DNA of 63,855 nt, filler included, from Octopus bimaculoides (lineage: Eukaryota): assembly GCF_001194135.2 (NCBI RefSeq). It is 6 parts of 6 records of this genome, joined end to end, with 100 filler letters (N's around TTAATTAATTAA, not from the genome) between each part and the next. Parts side by side here need not be neighbours in the genome. Positions count along the whole stretch, not along the records: positions 50,258 to 54,355 come from NC_068985.1; positions 54,456 to 58,262 come from NW_026346289.1; positions 58,363 to 60,270 come from NW_026314342.1; positions 60,371 to 63,855 come from NC_068996.1; 2 more parts are not named here. One strand, written 5' to 3'. The notes below the pieces were generated by a model that searched no databases, was not told the origin of the DNA, and saw nothing but the letters and a program-made list of their open reading frames with translations. Of the stretch, positions 52,710 through 63,855 are shown one piece after another (the first letter of the stretch is position 1; each line of letters begins with the position of its first letter). Position numbers and translations under genes: made by a program.

Positions 52710-53376
52710 NNNNNNNNNNNNNNNNNNNNNNNNNNNNNNNNNNNNNNNNNNNNNNNNNNNNNNNNNNNNNNNNNNNNNNNNNNNNNNNNNNNNNNNNNNN
52801 NNNNNNNNNNNNNNNNNNNNNNNNNNNNNNNNNNNNNNNNNNNNNNNNNNNNNNNNNNNNNNNNNNNNNNNNNNNNNNNNNNNNNNNNNNNNNNNNNNNN
52901 NNNNNNNNNNNNNNNNNNNNNNNNNNNNNNNNNNNNNNNNNNNNNNNNNNNNNNNNNNNNNNNNNNNNNNNNNNNNNNNNNNNNNNNNNNNNNNNNNNNN
53001 NNNNNNNNNNNNNNNNNNNNNNNNNNNNNNNNNNNNNNNNNNNNNNNNNNNNNNNNNNNNNNNNNNNNNNNNNNNNNNNNNNNNNNNNNNNNNNNNNNNN
53101 NNNNNNNNNNNNNNNNNNNNNNNNNNNNNNNNNNNNNNNNNNNNNNNNNNNNNNNNNNNNNNNNNNNNNNNNNNNNNNNNNNNNNNNNNNNNNNNNNNNN
53201 NNNNNNNNNNNNNNNNNNNNNNNNNNNNNNNNNNNNNNNNNNNNNNNNNNNNNNNNNNNNNNNNNNNNNNNNNNNNNNNNNNNNNNNNNNNNNNNNNNNN
53301 NNNNNNNNNNNNNNNNNNNNNNNNNNNNNNNNNNNNNNNNNNNNNNNNNNNNNNNNNNNNNNNNNNNNNNNNNNNN

Positions 53377-53409
<33 letters not shown>

Positions 53410-54532
53410 ATACGCCGGCCTTCTTTTAGTTTCTGTCTACCAAATCCACCCACAGGCTCTGGTTAGCCTGGGGCTATAGAAGAAGACACTTGCTCAAGGT
53501 ACCACGCAGTGGGATTGAACCCAGAACCAAATGGTTAGGAAGCGAGCCTCTTACCATACCTACAGACAGATGTCTGGATAAAAGAAAAGAAAAAAGAAAA
53601 GAGAAAACAGGCGGCAATAGATATTTAATTAGAGATGCTTAGGAGAAGAGAATTTGGTCGGAGTATTTAGAGGAAAGGCGATATACACACTATTGGGATA
53701 ACGAAACATCAACAACGAAAGGAGACAGATAACTACGAAGCTATTTTCATAAAACTGACCGATCGACCTGCGCCGAAACCTGCCAAAAGACGTCAAGTAG
53801 ACCTGACGGTGTCCTATAATTTATTGCTAGATGGATTGTATCTGTCCTTATCAAGTCACGTCCCACATAGCATTGACCTCTCGGTGCTATTAAAATCATA
53901 AATATTCTTTAAAAGATTTTAGATTTGTAAGCGACTTTTTAAAGACCTCCCAGATTCTCTCCAGACCGCCTAGCAAGGGATGGCATGTAAATTTTCTATT
54001 TTGTATTTTGGTATTGTATTTTTGTACATAGACGCACGCTCGCGCGCGCACACACACTCGCACGCACATGCGTATGTATGTATGTATGTATGTATGTATG
54101 TATGTATGTATGTATGTATGTATGTATGTATAGGACGGCCTTCTTTCAGTTTCCGTCTACTAAATCCACTCACAAGGAGCAGGATTGACTGTGTGGTAAG
54201 TAGCTTGCTTCCCAACCACATGGTTCCGGGTTCAGTCCCACTGCGTGGCACCTTGGACAAGTGTCTTCTACTATAACTTCGGGGTCGACCAAAGCATCGT
54301 GAGTGGATTTGGTAGGTGGAAACTGAAAGAAGCCCGTCATATATATATATATATANNNNNNNNNNNNNNNNNNNNNNNNNNNNNNNNNNNNNNNNNNNNT
54401 TAATTAATTAANNNNNNNNNNNNNNNNNNNNNNNNNNNNNNNNNNNNNNNNNNNNTATATGCATATATATGCACACTCAAATATAGATATACATTGATGT
54501 ATACAAACCTATATACGTACATGCATACATTC

Positions 54533-54563
<31 letters not shown>

Positions 54564-55050
54564 ACATTGATTTTTTTTATTGCATATGCATGCATTTTTA
54601 TGCACATAGCATCCACTCATTCACATGAGTATGCATGAGTTGCATGTGTAAAAAAAACATGCGTATATGTGTATGCATATACGTCACAAAGATAACACGT
54701 TCACACTCATACATTTAGAGAAATATATATATATTAATATATATATATATACATATATATATGTATGTATGTGTGAGTGAGTGCGTATATGTGCCTGTGC
54801 GCATATGTGTTGAGTGTGTGTGTGCGTGTGTGTATGGGTATGCGCATGTGTGGAGTAATGTATGTATATATGTGTATATGTGTATGTTCTTCCAGTTGTT
54901 GCATCAACTGATCTGTCTATTCATTGAATGAAAATAATGCCAAGTGCAAACTTCTTATACATTCCGCCATGTTTGAGACACACACACATATACATATATC
55001 CACACACACACGCACACACACATATATATGTGTGTATGTATGTATGTACG

Positions 55051-55082
<32 letters not shown>

Positions 55083-55309
55083 TCCATACATAAACAGATG
55101 TATGTGCACACAGGCATTAATTCATACGAACACATATACACACACACATTCACCATCGTTACAAGCAAAGCAACCACCACCACCACCACCACCATCGGCA
55201 TCACCATATGTTCTCTCTCTCTCTCTCTATGTTACAATGCTATCTGTATGATATTGATCTCAGCGCAGAAATCCCTATAGATGCATAATCAATAAGGTAT
55301 TATGGAATT

Positions 55310-55362
55310 TATACACCACCACCACCACTACCACTACTACTACCACTACTACTATATTATTA

Positions 55363-55423
<61 letters not shown>

Positions 55424-56223
55424 CTCTACCACTTCTATTACTACAAATACTATTGCGAATACTACTATCAGTACCATTATTATTATTATTATTATTAATC
55501 ACTACTATTACTACTACAAACTGCATCTCCTACCACTACCACTATCACTATCGTACCATTACTCCCACCGTAACTATCGCTACCCCCACCCCCATTATCG
55601 CTACTATCGCCATCACCACCACTAACACCACCACCACCACCACCACCACTACTATTAACATTTCTACCAATAACGACATCTACTATTAATACTATTACTG
55701 CTAACATCACCTNNNNNNNNNNNNNNNNNNNNNNNNNNNNNNNNNNNNNNNNAATACTATTACTGCTAACATCACCACCACCACCACCACCACCACAACC
55801 ACCACTACCACCACCAACACCATTATTAATACTAATGCTAAAGCTATTATTCAACTACAACCATCACCACCGCTACCATCACCGCCACAGCAACAACAAC
55901 AACAGCCATCATCACTACGGTAACAACAACAATCAAGCACCACCACCACCGCCACCACCACCACTACAACTACCACTATTACCACTACTACTACTACTAC
56001 TACCACTACTACTACTATGACAACTGCCGTCGCTACTGCACTGAGAAATTTATTGATACGTAATCGATAAGATTTTGATCAGTCCATATGGAATTTCATC
56101 CAGAACTGGTTCACAACACTGTCACCGTGGCCGCCAGCGCCTCCTCCTTCTTCTCCTTCTTCTTCTTCTTCTTCTTCTTCTTCTTCTTCTTCTTCTTCTT
56201 CTTCTTCTTCTTCTTCTTCTTCT

Positions 56224-56258
<35 letters not shown>

Positions 56259-56260
56259 AT
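55310..56260. repeat. Compound trinucleotide and dinucleotide microsatellite block
   Basis: (CAC)n, (TAT)n, (CTA)n, (TTC)n, (TG)n. Confidence 0.95.
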
Positions 56261-56329
56261 GTGTGTATTGATAATATTGATTTGACTGGGTCCTCAGGTT
56301 TCGTCTTTAACGATCTCTCTCTATCTCGC

Positions 56330-56365
<36 letters not shown>

Positions 56366-56864
56366 TATATACGTGTGTATATACATACATACATACATAC
56401 ATACATACATACATACATAGACAACGCATGTTTGTATGTTTATATATATATTTGTAATGTATGTTTGTATGTTTGTACGTATTTGCAGTTTTCTTTTTTG
56501 TTGGTTTTTAGTTATGTTTTCGTGGTTGTCTTTTATTTGTTCTCTTGTTTTACTGTTACTGACATTACCATTCCTGTTATTGTTGTCATTGTTATTGCTG
56601 TTGTTATTGTTGTTGTTGTTGCTGCTGTTGCTTTTGTTGTTGTTGTTGTTCCTCTTCTTCCTAAAGTCTCCAATGTCAGATCCCCATATTAAAGCAGAGA
56701 AAGAGAAACCGTCTGTCATTCGATCTTCTGAAATGTTTCCCATTTATAGACCATTAACTAAAAATACAACGGTTGTTGACATCTTTGTCATTGCTACGAT
56801 ATGTCATAAGCTAAGACAATCAAGTCACATCTAATGCACCGCTGTCCTTGCTAAGATATATAAA

Positions 56865-57080
56865 TACAAGGGGGTGCTGAAAACTTCCTGGCTTTAAAGG
56901 CGTTGCGTAAGGCCTGGTTGGAGGCCCAACCTTCCGAGTTCTTTAACAGGGCTTAGAAAAACTGGAGGACCGCTGCAATAAGTGTGTGAATCTGAAGCGG
57001 GTGGATGTGTTCAATAAAATCATAATTAAGTGATCCGTCTGTATTTCCTTTTGCCTAAGGCCAGGAACATTTAACACCGA
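56865..57080 (+). mobile_element. mariner-derived MITE
   Basis: TA-caagggggtgctgaaaacttcctggc ... gccaggaacatttaacacc TIRs; internal AWLEAQPSEFFNR..KLEDRCNKCVNL resembles the mariner C-terminus. Confidence 0.75.
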
Positions 57081-57789
57081 TTCTCTGGACATTAATGATC
57101 CAGACCCAGATGCGGATTAAAACCCGTATAAGACCTAAGCACTTAAAAGATAGACAATATTTGAGCAATATCTCTCGGTGTTGGTGGTGTCTTCAAAAAA
57201 TTCACAGCGGAGAGACTTTTTGAACACACTGTATATGTAATTCAAAATATCAATATCAATAAACCATAAAATATATTTTTAATTTTTCAAAATGAAACAA
57301 AACTAACACTAAGATGGAAAATAATGTTCATTTTTGTATACTTCCACTTTATTTATACAGTAATCCCTGACCATGTGGAGGCGTGTGGCCTAGTGGTTAG
57401 GGTGTTAGCACCATGATCGTAAGATTGTGGTTTCGATTCCTGGACCGGGCGACGCGTTGTGTTCTTGAGCAAAACACTTCATTTCACGTTGCTCCGGTCC
57501 ACTCAGCTGGCAAAAATGAGTAACGCTTCGATGGACTGGCGTCCCGTCCAGCTGGGGAACACATACGCCATTGAAACCGGAAAACCGGGCCCATGAGCCT
57601 GGCTAGGCTTTAAAAGGGCGCATTTATTTATTTAATACCTCGCCATATCGCGGTTCACCTATCGTGGTTTATTATTTAAGCTTACATCGATTCCACCGTG
57701 GTGTTGTTTTGCATTTATAATAAATTAAATATATACAAATTATAAAAATAATAAAAGAATATATATATATATATACACAGTACAATACT

Positions 57790-58235
57790 GTTTCTTATTT
57801 CTTTATTGCCCACAAGGGGCTAAACATAGAGAGGACAAACAAGGACAGACAAAGGGATTAAGTCGATTACATCGACCCCAGTGCGTAACTGGTACTTATT
57901 TAATCGACCCCGAAAGGATGAAAGGCAAAGTCGACCTCGACGGAATTTGAACTCAGAACGTATCGGCAGACGGAATACCGCTAAGCATTTCTTCCGGCGT
58001 GCTAACATTTCTTATTTCTTTATTGCCCACAAGGGGCTACACACAGAGGGGACAAACAAGGACAGACAAGCAGATTAAGTCGATTATATCGACTCCAGAG
58101 CGTAACTGGTAGTTATTTAAGCGACTCCGAAAGGATGAAAAGCAAAGTCGACCCCGGCGGAATTTGAACTCAGAACGAAATACCGCTAAGCATTTCGTCC
58201 GGTGTGCTAACGATTCTGCCAGCTCGCCGCCTTAC
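57790..58235 (-). mobile_element. Two tandem Nin/Deu-domain-type SINEs
   Basis: Duplicated tttctttattgcccacaagggg tail and Nin-like core. Confidence 0.82.
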
Positions 58236-59161
58236 AGAAAATATTCATCGTTCACTAAATGANNNNNNNNNNNNNNNNNNNNNNNNNNNNNNNNNNNNNN
58301 NNNNNNTTAATTAATTAANNNNNNNNNNNNNNNNNNNNNNNNNNNNNNNNNNNNNNNNNNNNTACTTTTGAGATCCTTTGGAAGAGCCCCATTTCCTCCG
58401 TTTATATTCACAATTGTACTTTTTCGGTCATTACCCAATATTTATGACCACAAAAAATCGAATTTTTTTTTAACCAATCTCTCATCTTCTGGTGATCGAA
58501 TGTTGGAGCTGGTACATTATTGTACCAGTATCAGCAATTCTAGCATCCAATTCCGCCTTCTTCTCCCCATCACTCCGAAATTCAAATTGATTATAAATTG
58601 AATGTGAACATGCAGTAAAAAGGAGTTTGATCTATGGTAGGTAGAGGGACAAATATGGAAGGTTTTGGTTTTGGCATCCTCAGCCTAATTTTATTCACAG
58701 ACTGGAAACATTCACTCATTAAGCAATTTAAATTAATGACATGAAAGAAAAGAATGCTTTCTGCATGAAGAACATAGAGTGGAAGTTAACATAATATAGT
58801 GAGTCCAATATAATTACATTCTCTCATCGCTCAACAGTGCCTTTTCAACATCCAGTATATTCCTTCGAGGCACTGTCATGGTATTAGCTGTCAGAATTGA
58901 AAGTAGAACTGACAAGGAACGTTACTGCTGGTTTGAGTTGATTCTTTGGCTACTGACTAGCCGGAGCTATCTATCTGTCTGTCTGTCTATCTCACTATCT
59001 CTCTATCTATCACTCGTTCACCTCTGTTTGTGTCCGTAGAATTTATCAAATTAGAAAACGCAAATTTAATATAAAAATATAATTTTCAACAGAGAGAATT
59101 TATCAAAATAGAAAACAAATGAAGTTTGAAGTTTAAAAATAATAGGATCGACCACTCACGA

Positions 59162-59216
59162 CTAGCTAGCGCGGACGCGCGACTGCGCGTTCGGGACCAC
59201 TCTGCTTTAGTAGTAC
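59162..59216 (-). mobile_element. Helitron-type 3' terminus
   Basis: Minus strand: ACGCGC-AGTC-GCGCGT hairpin, then ccgcgctag, then CTAG followed by T; the rest is in a gap. Confidence 0.55.
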
Positions 59217-60584
59217 NNNNNNNNNNNNNNNNNNNNNNNNNNNNNNNNNNNNNNNNNNNNNNNNNNNNNNNNNNNNNNNNNNNNNNNNNNNNNNNNNNNN
59301 NNNNNNNNNNNNNNNNNNNNNNNNNNNNNNNNNNNNNNNNNNNNNNNNNNNNNNNNNNNNNNNNNNNNNNNNNNNNNNNNNNNNNNNNNNNNNNNNNNNN
59401 NNNNNNNNNNNNNNNNNNNNNNNNNNNNNNNNNNNNNNNNNNNNNNNNNNNNNNNNNNNNNNNNNNNNNNNNNNNNNNNNNNNNNNNNNNNNNNNNNNNN
59501 NNNNNNNNNNNNNNNNNNNNNNNNNNNNNNNNNNNNNNNNNNNNNNNNNNNNNNNNNNNNNNNNNNNNNNNNNNNNNNNNNNNNNNNNNNNNNNNNNNNN
59601 NNNNNNNNNNNNNNCTTCAGATTTTTCTACTTTCACTTCCGACAGCTAATACCATGACAGTGCCTTCGATATTAAGACGGTTCTTTTAAGACAAACATAC
59701 AGAAAGCCAGGAATTCTATCGGGGCAATGAGGGCAGTCGTTTAACCTATTAGAAATAGCAGCCTAATTTTCTTCAAAGTACGCCTATCTAAAAAAAGAAA
59801 GATCCAAAAAATATATTGAAGATGGGATGGTCGTAGTTAGGCACTTTGGTCAATCAGACATACAAAAATAGACTGAAGAGTGGAGACTACGTGCAACTCT
59901 TAACATTACATATAAAGTAGATAATAATAAAAATAATGAAATTATCGTGTCTAGTGCTCAGGTGCACTCTAGCTGTAACAACTCTCTTTTCGAAGGAGTA
60001 TGTCTCAGACTACATTATTAAACATGTTATTTCAGATGTTACGAGTGCAATTTAAGAAAGATTTTGGTTGCTATTTCTAGCAGATTAAACAACGACGTAG
60101 ACAGTCGCGCAGTAACTAACTCGCTACGACCTGCTATTTCAAACAGCTGATTCATTGCGCCATATTCTCAACAGTAAGCAATTTTTAATAAACTAAATAC
60201 ATTAATACATTTTATGCCCCGTTTGCTTCGCTGTACTTTATAAAATGAATTAAAAACCGGGGTTAAGCAANNNNNNNNNNNNNNNNNNNNNNNNNNNNNN
60301 NNNNNNNNNNNNNNTTAATTAATTAANNNNNNNNNNNNNNNNNNNNNNNNNNNNNNNNNNNNNNNNNNNNCGTTCATAGTCTACGTTTGGTTTCTGAAAT
60401 TTTGAATTTTCAATCACCTTTTGGTTTGAACTTGAGAAAGACAGACGTTCTGTCGAAATATTGTTGAAAGAATAAAACATCTATACAATCGAATCGCACT
60501 CTTCGTCTTGACTATTTACCTTCGTGAAGAGTTTAGTCAATCCTTTTTAAAATTATTATTATTATTACTATTATTATTATTATT

Positions 60585-60660
60585 CTGGTCACTGCCTGGA
60601 ATCGAACTCGGAATCTTGGGGTTAGTAGCCCGCGCTCTTAACCACTATGTCATATGCCAT
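60585..60660 (-). mobile_element. tRNA-derived SINE head
   Basis: Reverse complement GACATAGTGGTTAAGAGCGCGGG...GAGTTCGATTCC (A/B boxes); acceptor stem not paired; followed by an (AAT)n tail. Confidence 0.6.
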
Positions 60661-60957
60661 AGGCGGTGAATTGACAAAATTGTGAGCACGCCATGCAAAA
60701 TTCTTTGCGGCAGTTCGTCCGTCTTTACATTCTGAGTTCAAATTCCGCCGAAGTCGACTTTGCTTTTCATTCTTTCGGGGTCGATTAAATAAGTACCAAT
60801 TACGTAATAGAATCGATGTAATCGATTAGCCCTTTCTCCGACACTTTAAGGCCTTGTATCTTTAGTAGAAATGATTACTATTGTTCATTTCCAGGCGTTT
60901 AGATATTAGGGACTGATTTGTGGGGTATTTGGCTGCTACTTTTAACATGATTAAGCG

Positions 60958-61365
60958 CAGGAGTGACTGAGTGGTAAGTAGCTTGCTTACCAACCACATG
61001 GTTCTGGGTTCAGTCCCACTGCGTGGCACCTTGGGCGAGTGTCTTCTACTATAGCCTCGGGCCAACCAGAGCCTTGTGAGTGGATTTGGTAGACGGAAAC
61101 TGAAAGAACCCTGTCGTATATATGTGTATATGTGTGTGTGTGTTTGTGTGTCTGTGTTTGTCTCACCCTCGCGCCCCAGCATTACTTGACAACCGATGCT
61201 GGTGTGTTTATGTCCTCGTAACTTAGCGGTTCGGCAAAAGAGACTGATAGAATAAATACTGGGCTTCGAAAGAATAAGCCCTGGGGGTCGATTTGCTCGA
61301 CTAAAGGCGGTGCTCCAGCATGGCCGCAGTCAAAAGACTGAAACAAGTAAAAGAGTAAAAGAATA
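60958..61365 (+). mobile_element. Full-length tRNA-headed SINE with internal microsatellite
   Basis: Same family as 26636-27025, CpG-intact. Confidence 0.85.
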
Positions 61366-62289
61366 CTAACGGCCCTGACTATGTGCGTATGAGTATATGT
61401 ATGTGTGTGTGTGGGTGTGCATTTGTGTGTATGTACTTGCGTGCGTGCGACGTGTGCGTATGTAGGTAGATATGTAGTGTCTTCATGTATGCGTGAGTTG
61501 GCGTCTGTAAGTTGGAGCGTAAGAGGGCCTGTGCGTTTAAGTGTGACTTGAATTTTCGCGCTTCACTGAGTGTATGTGAGTGCGTGAGTGTGTGACTTTT
61601 GTACGTGTTCACGTGGTTGACTTTCAAGCATGTGTGTGTATGTGTGTGTGTGTGTGTGTGTGTGAGTGTGTGCGTCTGTTTATGTGCGCGTATGACTATG
61701 TGTGTGTGTGTGTGTGTGTGTGNNNNNNNNNNNNNNNNNNNNNNNNNNNNNNNNNNNNNNNNNNNNNNNNNNNNNNNNNNNNNNNNNNNNNNNNNNNNNN
61801 NNNNNNNNNNNNNNNNNNNNNNNNNNNNNNNNNNNNNNNNNNNNNNNNNNNNNNNNNNNNNNNNNNNNNNNNNNNNNNNNNNNNNNNNNNNNNNNNNNNN
61901 NNNNNNNNNNNNNNNNNNNNNNNNNNNNNNNNNNNNNNNNNNNNNNNNNNNNNNNNNNNNNNNNNNNNNNNNNNNNNNNNNNNNNNNNNNNNNNNNNNNN
62001 NNNNNNNNNNNNNNNNNNNNNNNNNNNNNNNNNNNNNNNNNNNNNNNNNNNNNNNNNNNNNNNNNNNNNNNNNNNNNNNNNNNNNNNNNNNNNNNNNNNN
62101 NNNNNNNNNNNNNNNNNNNNNNNNNNNNNNNNNNNNNNNNNNNNNNNNNNNNNNNNNNNNNNNNNNNNNNNNNNNNNNNNNNNNNNNNNNNNNNNNNNNN
62201 NNNNNNNNNNNNNNNNNNNNNNNNNNNNNNNNNNNNNNNNNAGCGGAGGTGAGATGTGTGTGAGATAAAGAATCAGTTGTACATGGGAA

Positions 62290-62656
62290 TGGGGAAGGGG
62301 GTGGAAAAGTGTAACGATGACGACGACGATGATGATGACGATGATGATGACGACGATTATAACAATGGTGCTGATAACGATAACGATAATGATGATGATG
62401 ATAATGATGGTGGTGGTGGTGGTGATGATGATGGTGGTGGTGATGACGATGATGACGATGATGACGATAATGATGATGATGGTGGTGGTACTAGTGGTAG
62501 TGGTGGTGGTGGTGGTGGTGGTGACGACGACGATGATGATGATGATTGTAGTGACGATGATGATGATTGTAGTGGTCATGATGATGATGATGATGATGAC
62601 GATGATAACGGTGTCGATTCTGTCTCTGCTGCTGCTGCTGCTGCTGCTACTGCCTC

Positions 62657-62690
<34 letters not shown>

Positions 62691-62990
62691 AGTGGTGGTG
62701 GTGGTGGTGACGACGACGACAACGACATGAAGACAATATCGATGATGATGATGTTGTGGTGACATTCATCTTGTATCGATGACCTTTTTTTAAGTCCTGG
62801 TCAGCTCTATTTTAGTAGACTTATAAACCCAATACTCACCATCACCATCATCATCATCATCATAATCATCATCGTCACCACCACCACCACCACCACCAGC
62901 ACTACCACAACCCTCATCACCAACATTGTCATAATCATCATTGTTGTCATCATCATCAGCAGCATCAGCATCACCATCGTAGTCGTCTTT
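62290..62990. repeat. Compound (GAT/GAC/GGT/CAT/CAC)n microsatellite block
   Basis: Direct reading. Confidence 0.95.
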
Positions 62991-63855
62991 ACACTTTCAA
63001 CCTCTTTCCTCATTCCCGTATACAACAATACAGCAATACAACTCTCCCCTCGTTTTTCTTTTCCCTGTCAGATTATTATGGTCAGTAACACCCTAATTAT
63101 CCAATGTGTATCCATTTCTTTTAATATAGCAAGGTGAGATATGATGGAGGTTTCGCTACTATTTCTGCTTCTAAAATGCCGTATGGTAAAATTGCATCGA
63201 GACGATATACAGTGTTGGCCAAAAGTCACCCAACAGTAAATCAAAATTCCATAAATATTTATTTCTTTATTGCCCACAAGGGGCTAAACATAGAGGGGGG
63301 CAAACAAGGACAGACAAAGGGATTAAGTCGATTGCATTAACCCTAGTGCGTAACTGGTACTTAATTTATCGACCCCGAAAGGATGAAAGGTAAAGTCGAC
63401 CTCGGCGGAATTTGAGACCTCGGCGGAATTTGAAAAATTCCATAAGTATTTAATATTCACTTTCATTTATTCATTCTAATTGTGAATGGTTAATAATTGA
63501 ATGCTGTGAGTTAAAATATATTTATACGACGGGCTTCTTTCAGTTTCTGTCTACCAAATTCACTCACAAGGCTTTGGTCGGCCCGCGCGAGTATACAAAG
63601 AAACATTTGTCTAAGGTGCCACGCAGTGGGGCTGAACCCAGAATCATGTAGCTGAGAAGCAAGCTTCTTACCACATAGCCACACCTGATTCCAAATTTTG
63701 GCACAATTTTGATTCCTGGAATTTTGGGAGGGGGGTTAAGTCGAAAAATATCAACCGCAGTGTTCAACCATTACTTATTCTATCGACCCTTGAAAGGATG
63801 AAAAGCAAAGTCGACCTCGGCGGAATTTGAAATCATATATATATATATATATATA

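Noticed and set aside
61680-63028. Long ORFs with poly-D/M/I/T tracts (also 2495-3752, 21571-22663, 42085-43643, 55275-56834)
   Set aside because: These are translations of microsatellites and N-runs.

Overview
Eukaryotic, AT-rich, gapped draft-assembly DNA packed with microsatellites and retroposons. The SINE families and simple-repeat landscape look like cephalopod (probably Octopus) genomic DNA; this is inference from recall, not a database match. It is not prokaryotic, and I found no CRISPR array, operon, rRNA or intact tRNA. The left half holds a multi-exon protein-coding gene on the minus strand that the ORF track misses. Nine consecutive GT-AG exons (18505 to 4355) join in phase into an open 259-aa C-terminal region ending in TAA TAA. 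Four further phase-compatible 5' exon candidates (32780 to 30861) lie next to a CCAAT/YY1-like putative bidirectional promoter near 32.87 kb. I cannot name the protein. The rest is mostly decayed transposons: RTE and CR1-like LINEs, Tc1, mariner, pogo-like, piggyBac-like, several hAT elements and MITEs, a Helitron-type 3' end, a foldback element with a (TAACCC)n core, and Nin- and Meta-domain-type SINEs. The best second-look items are the unidentified gene, a CpG-depletion boundary at its 5' end, a PHD-like finger inside an RTE reverse transcriptase, and a 48-bp locally templated insertion in a SINE. I found no convincing novel multi-gene system.
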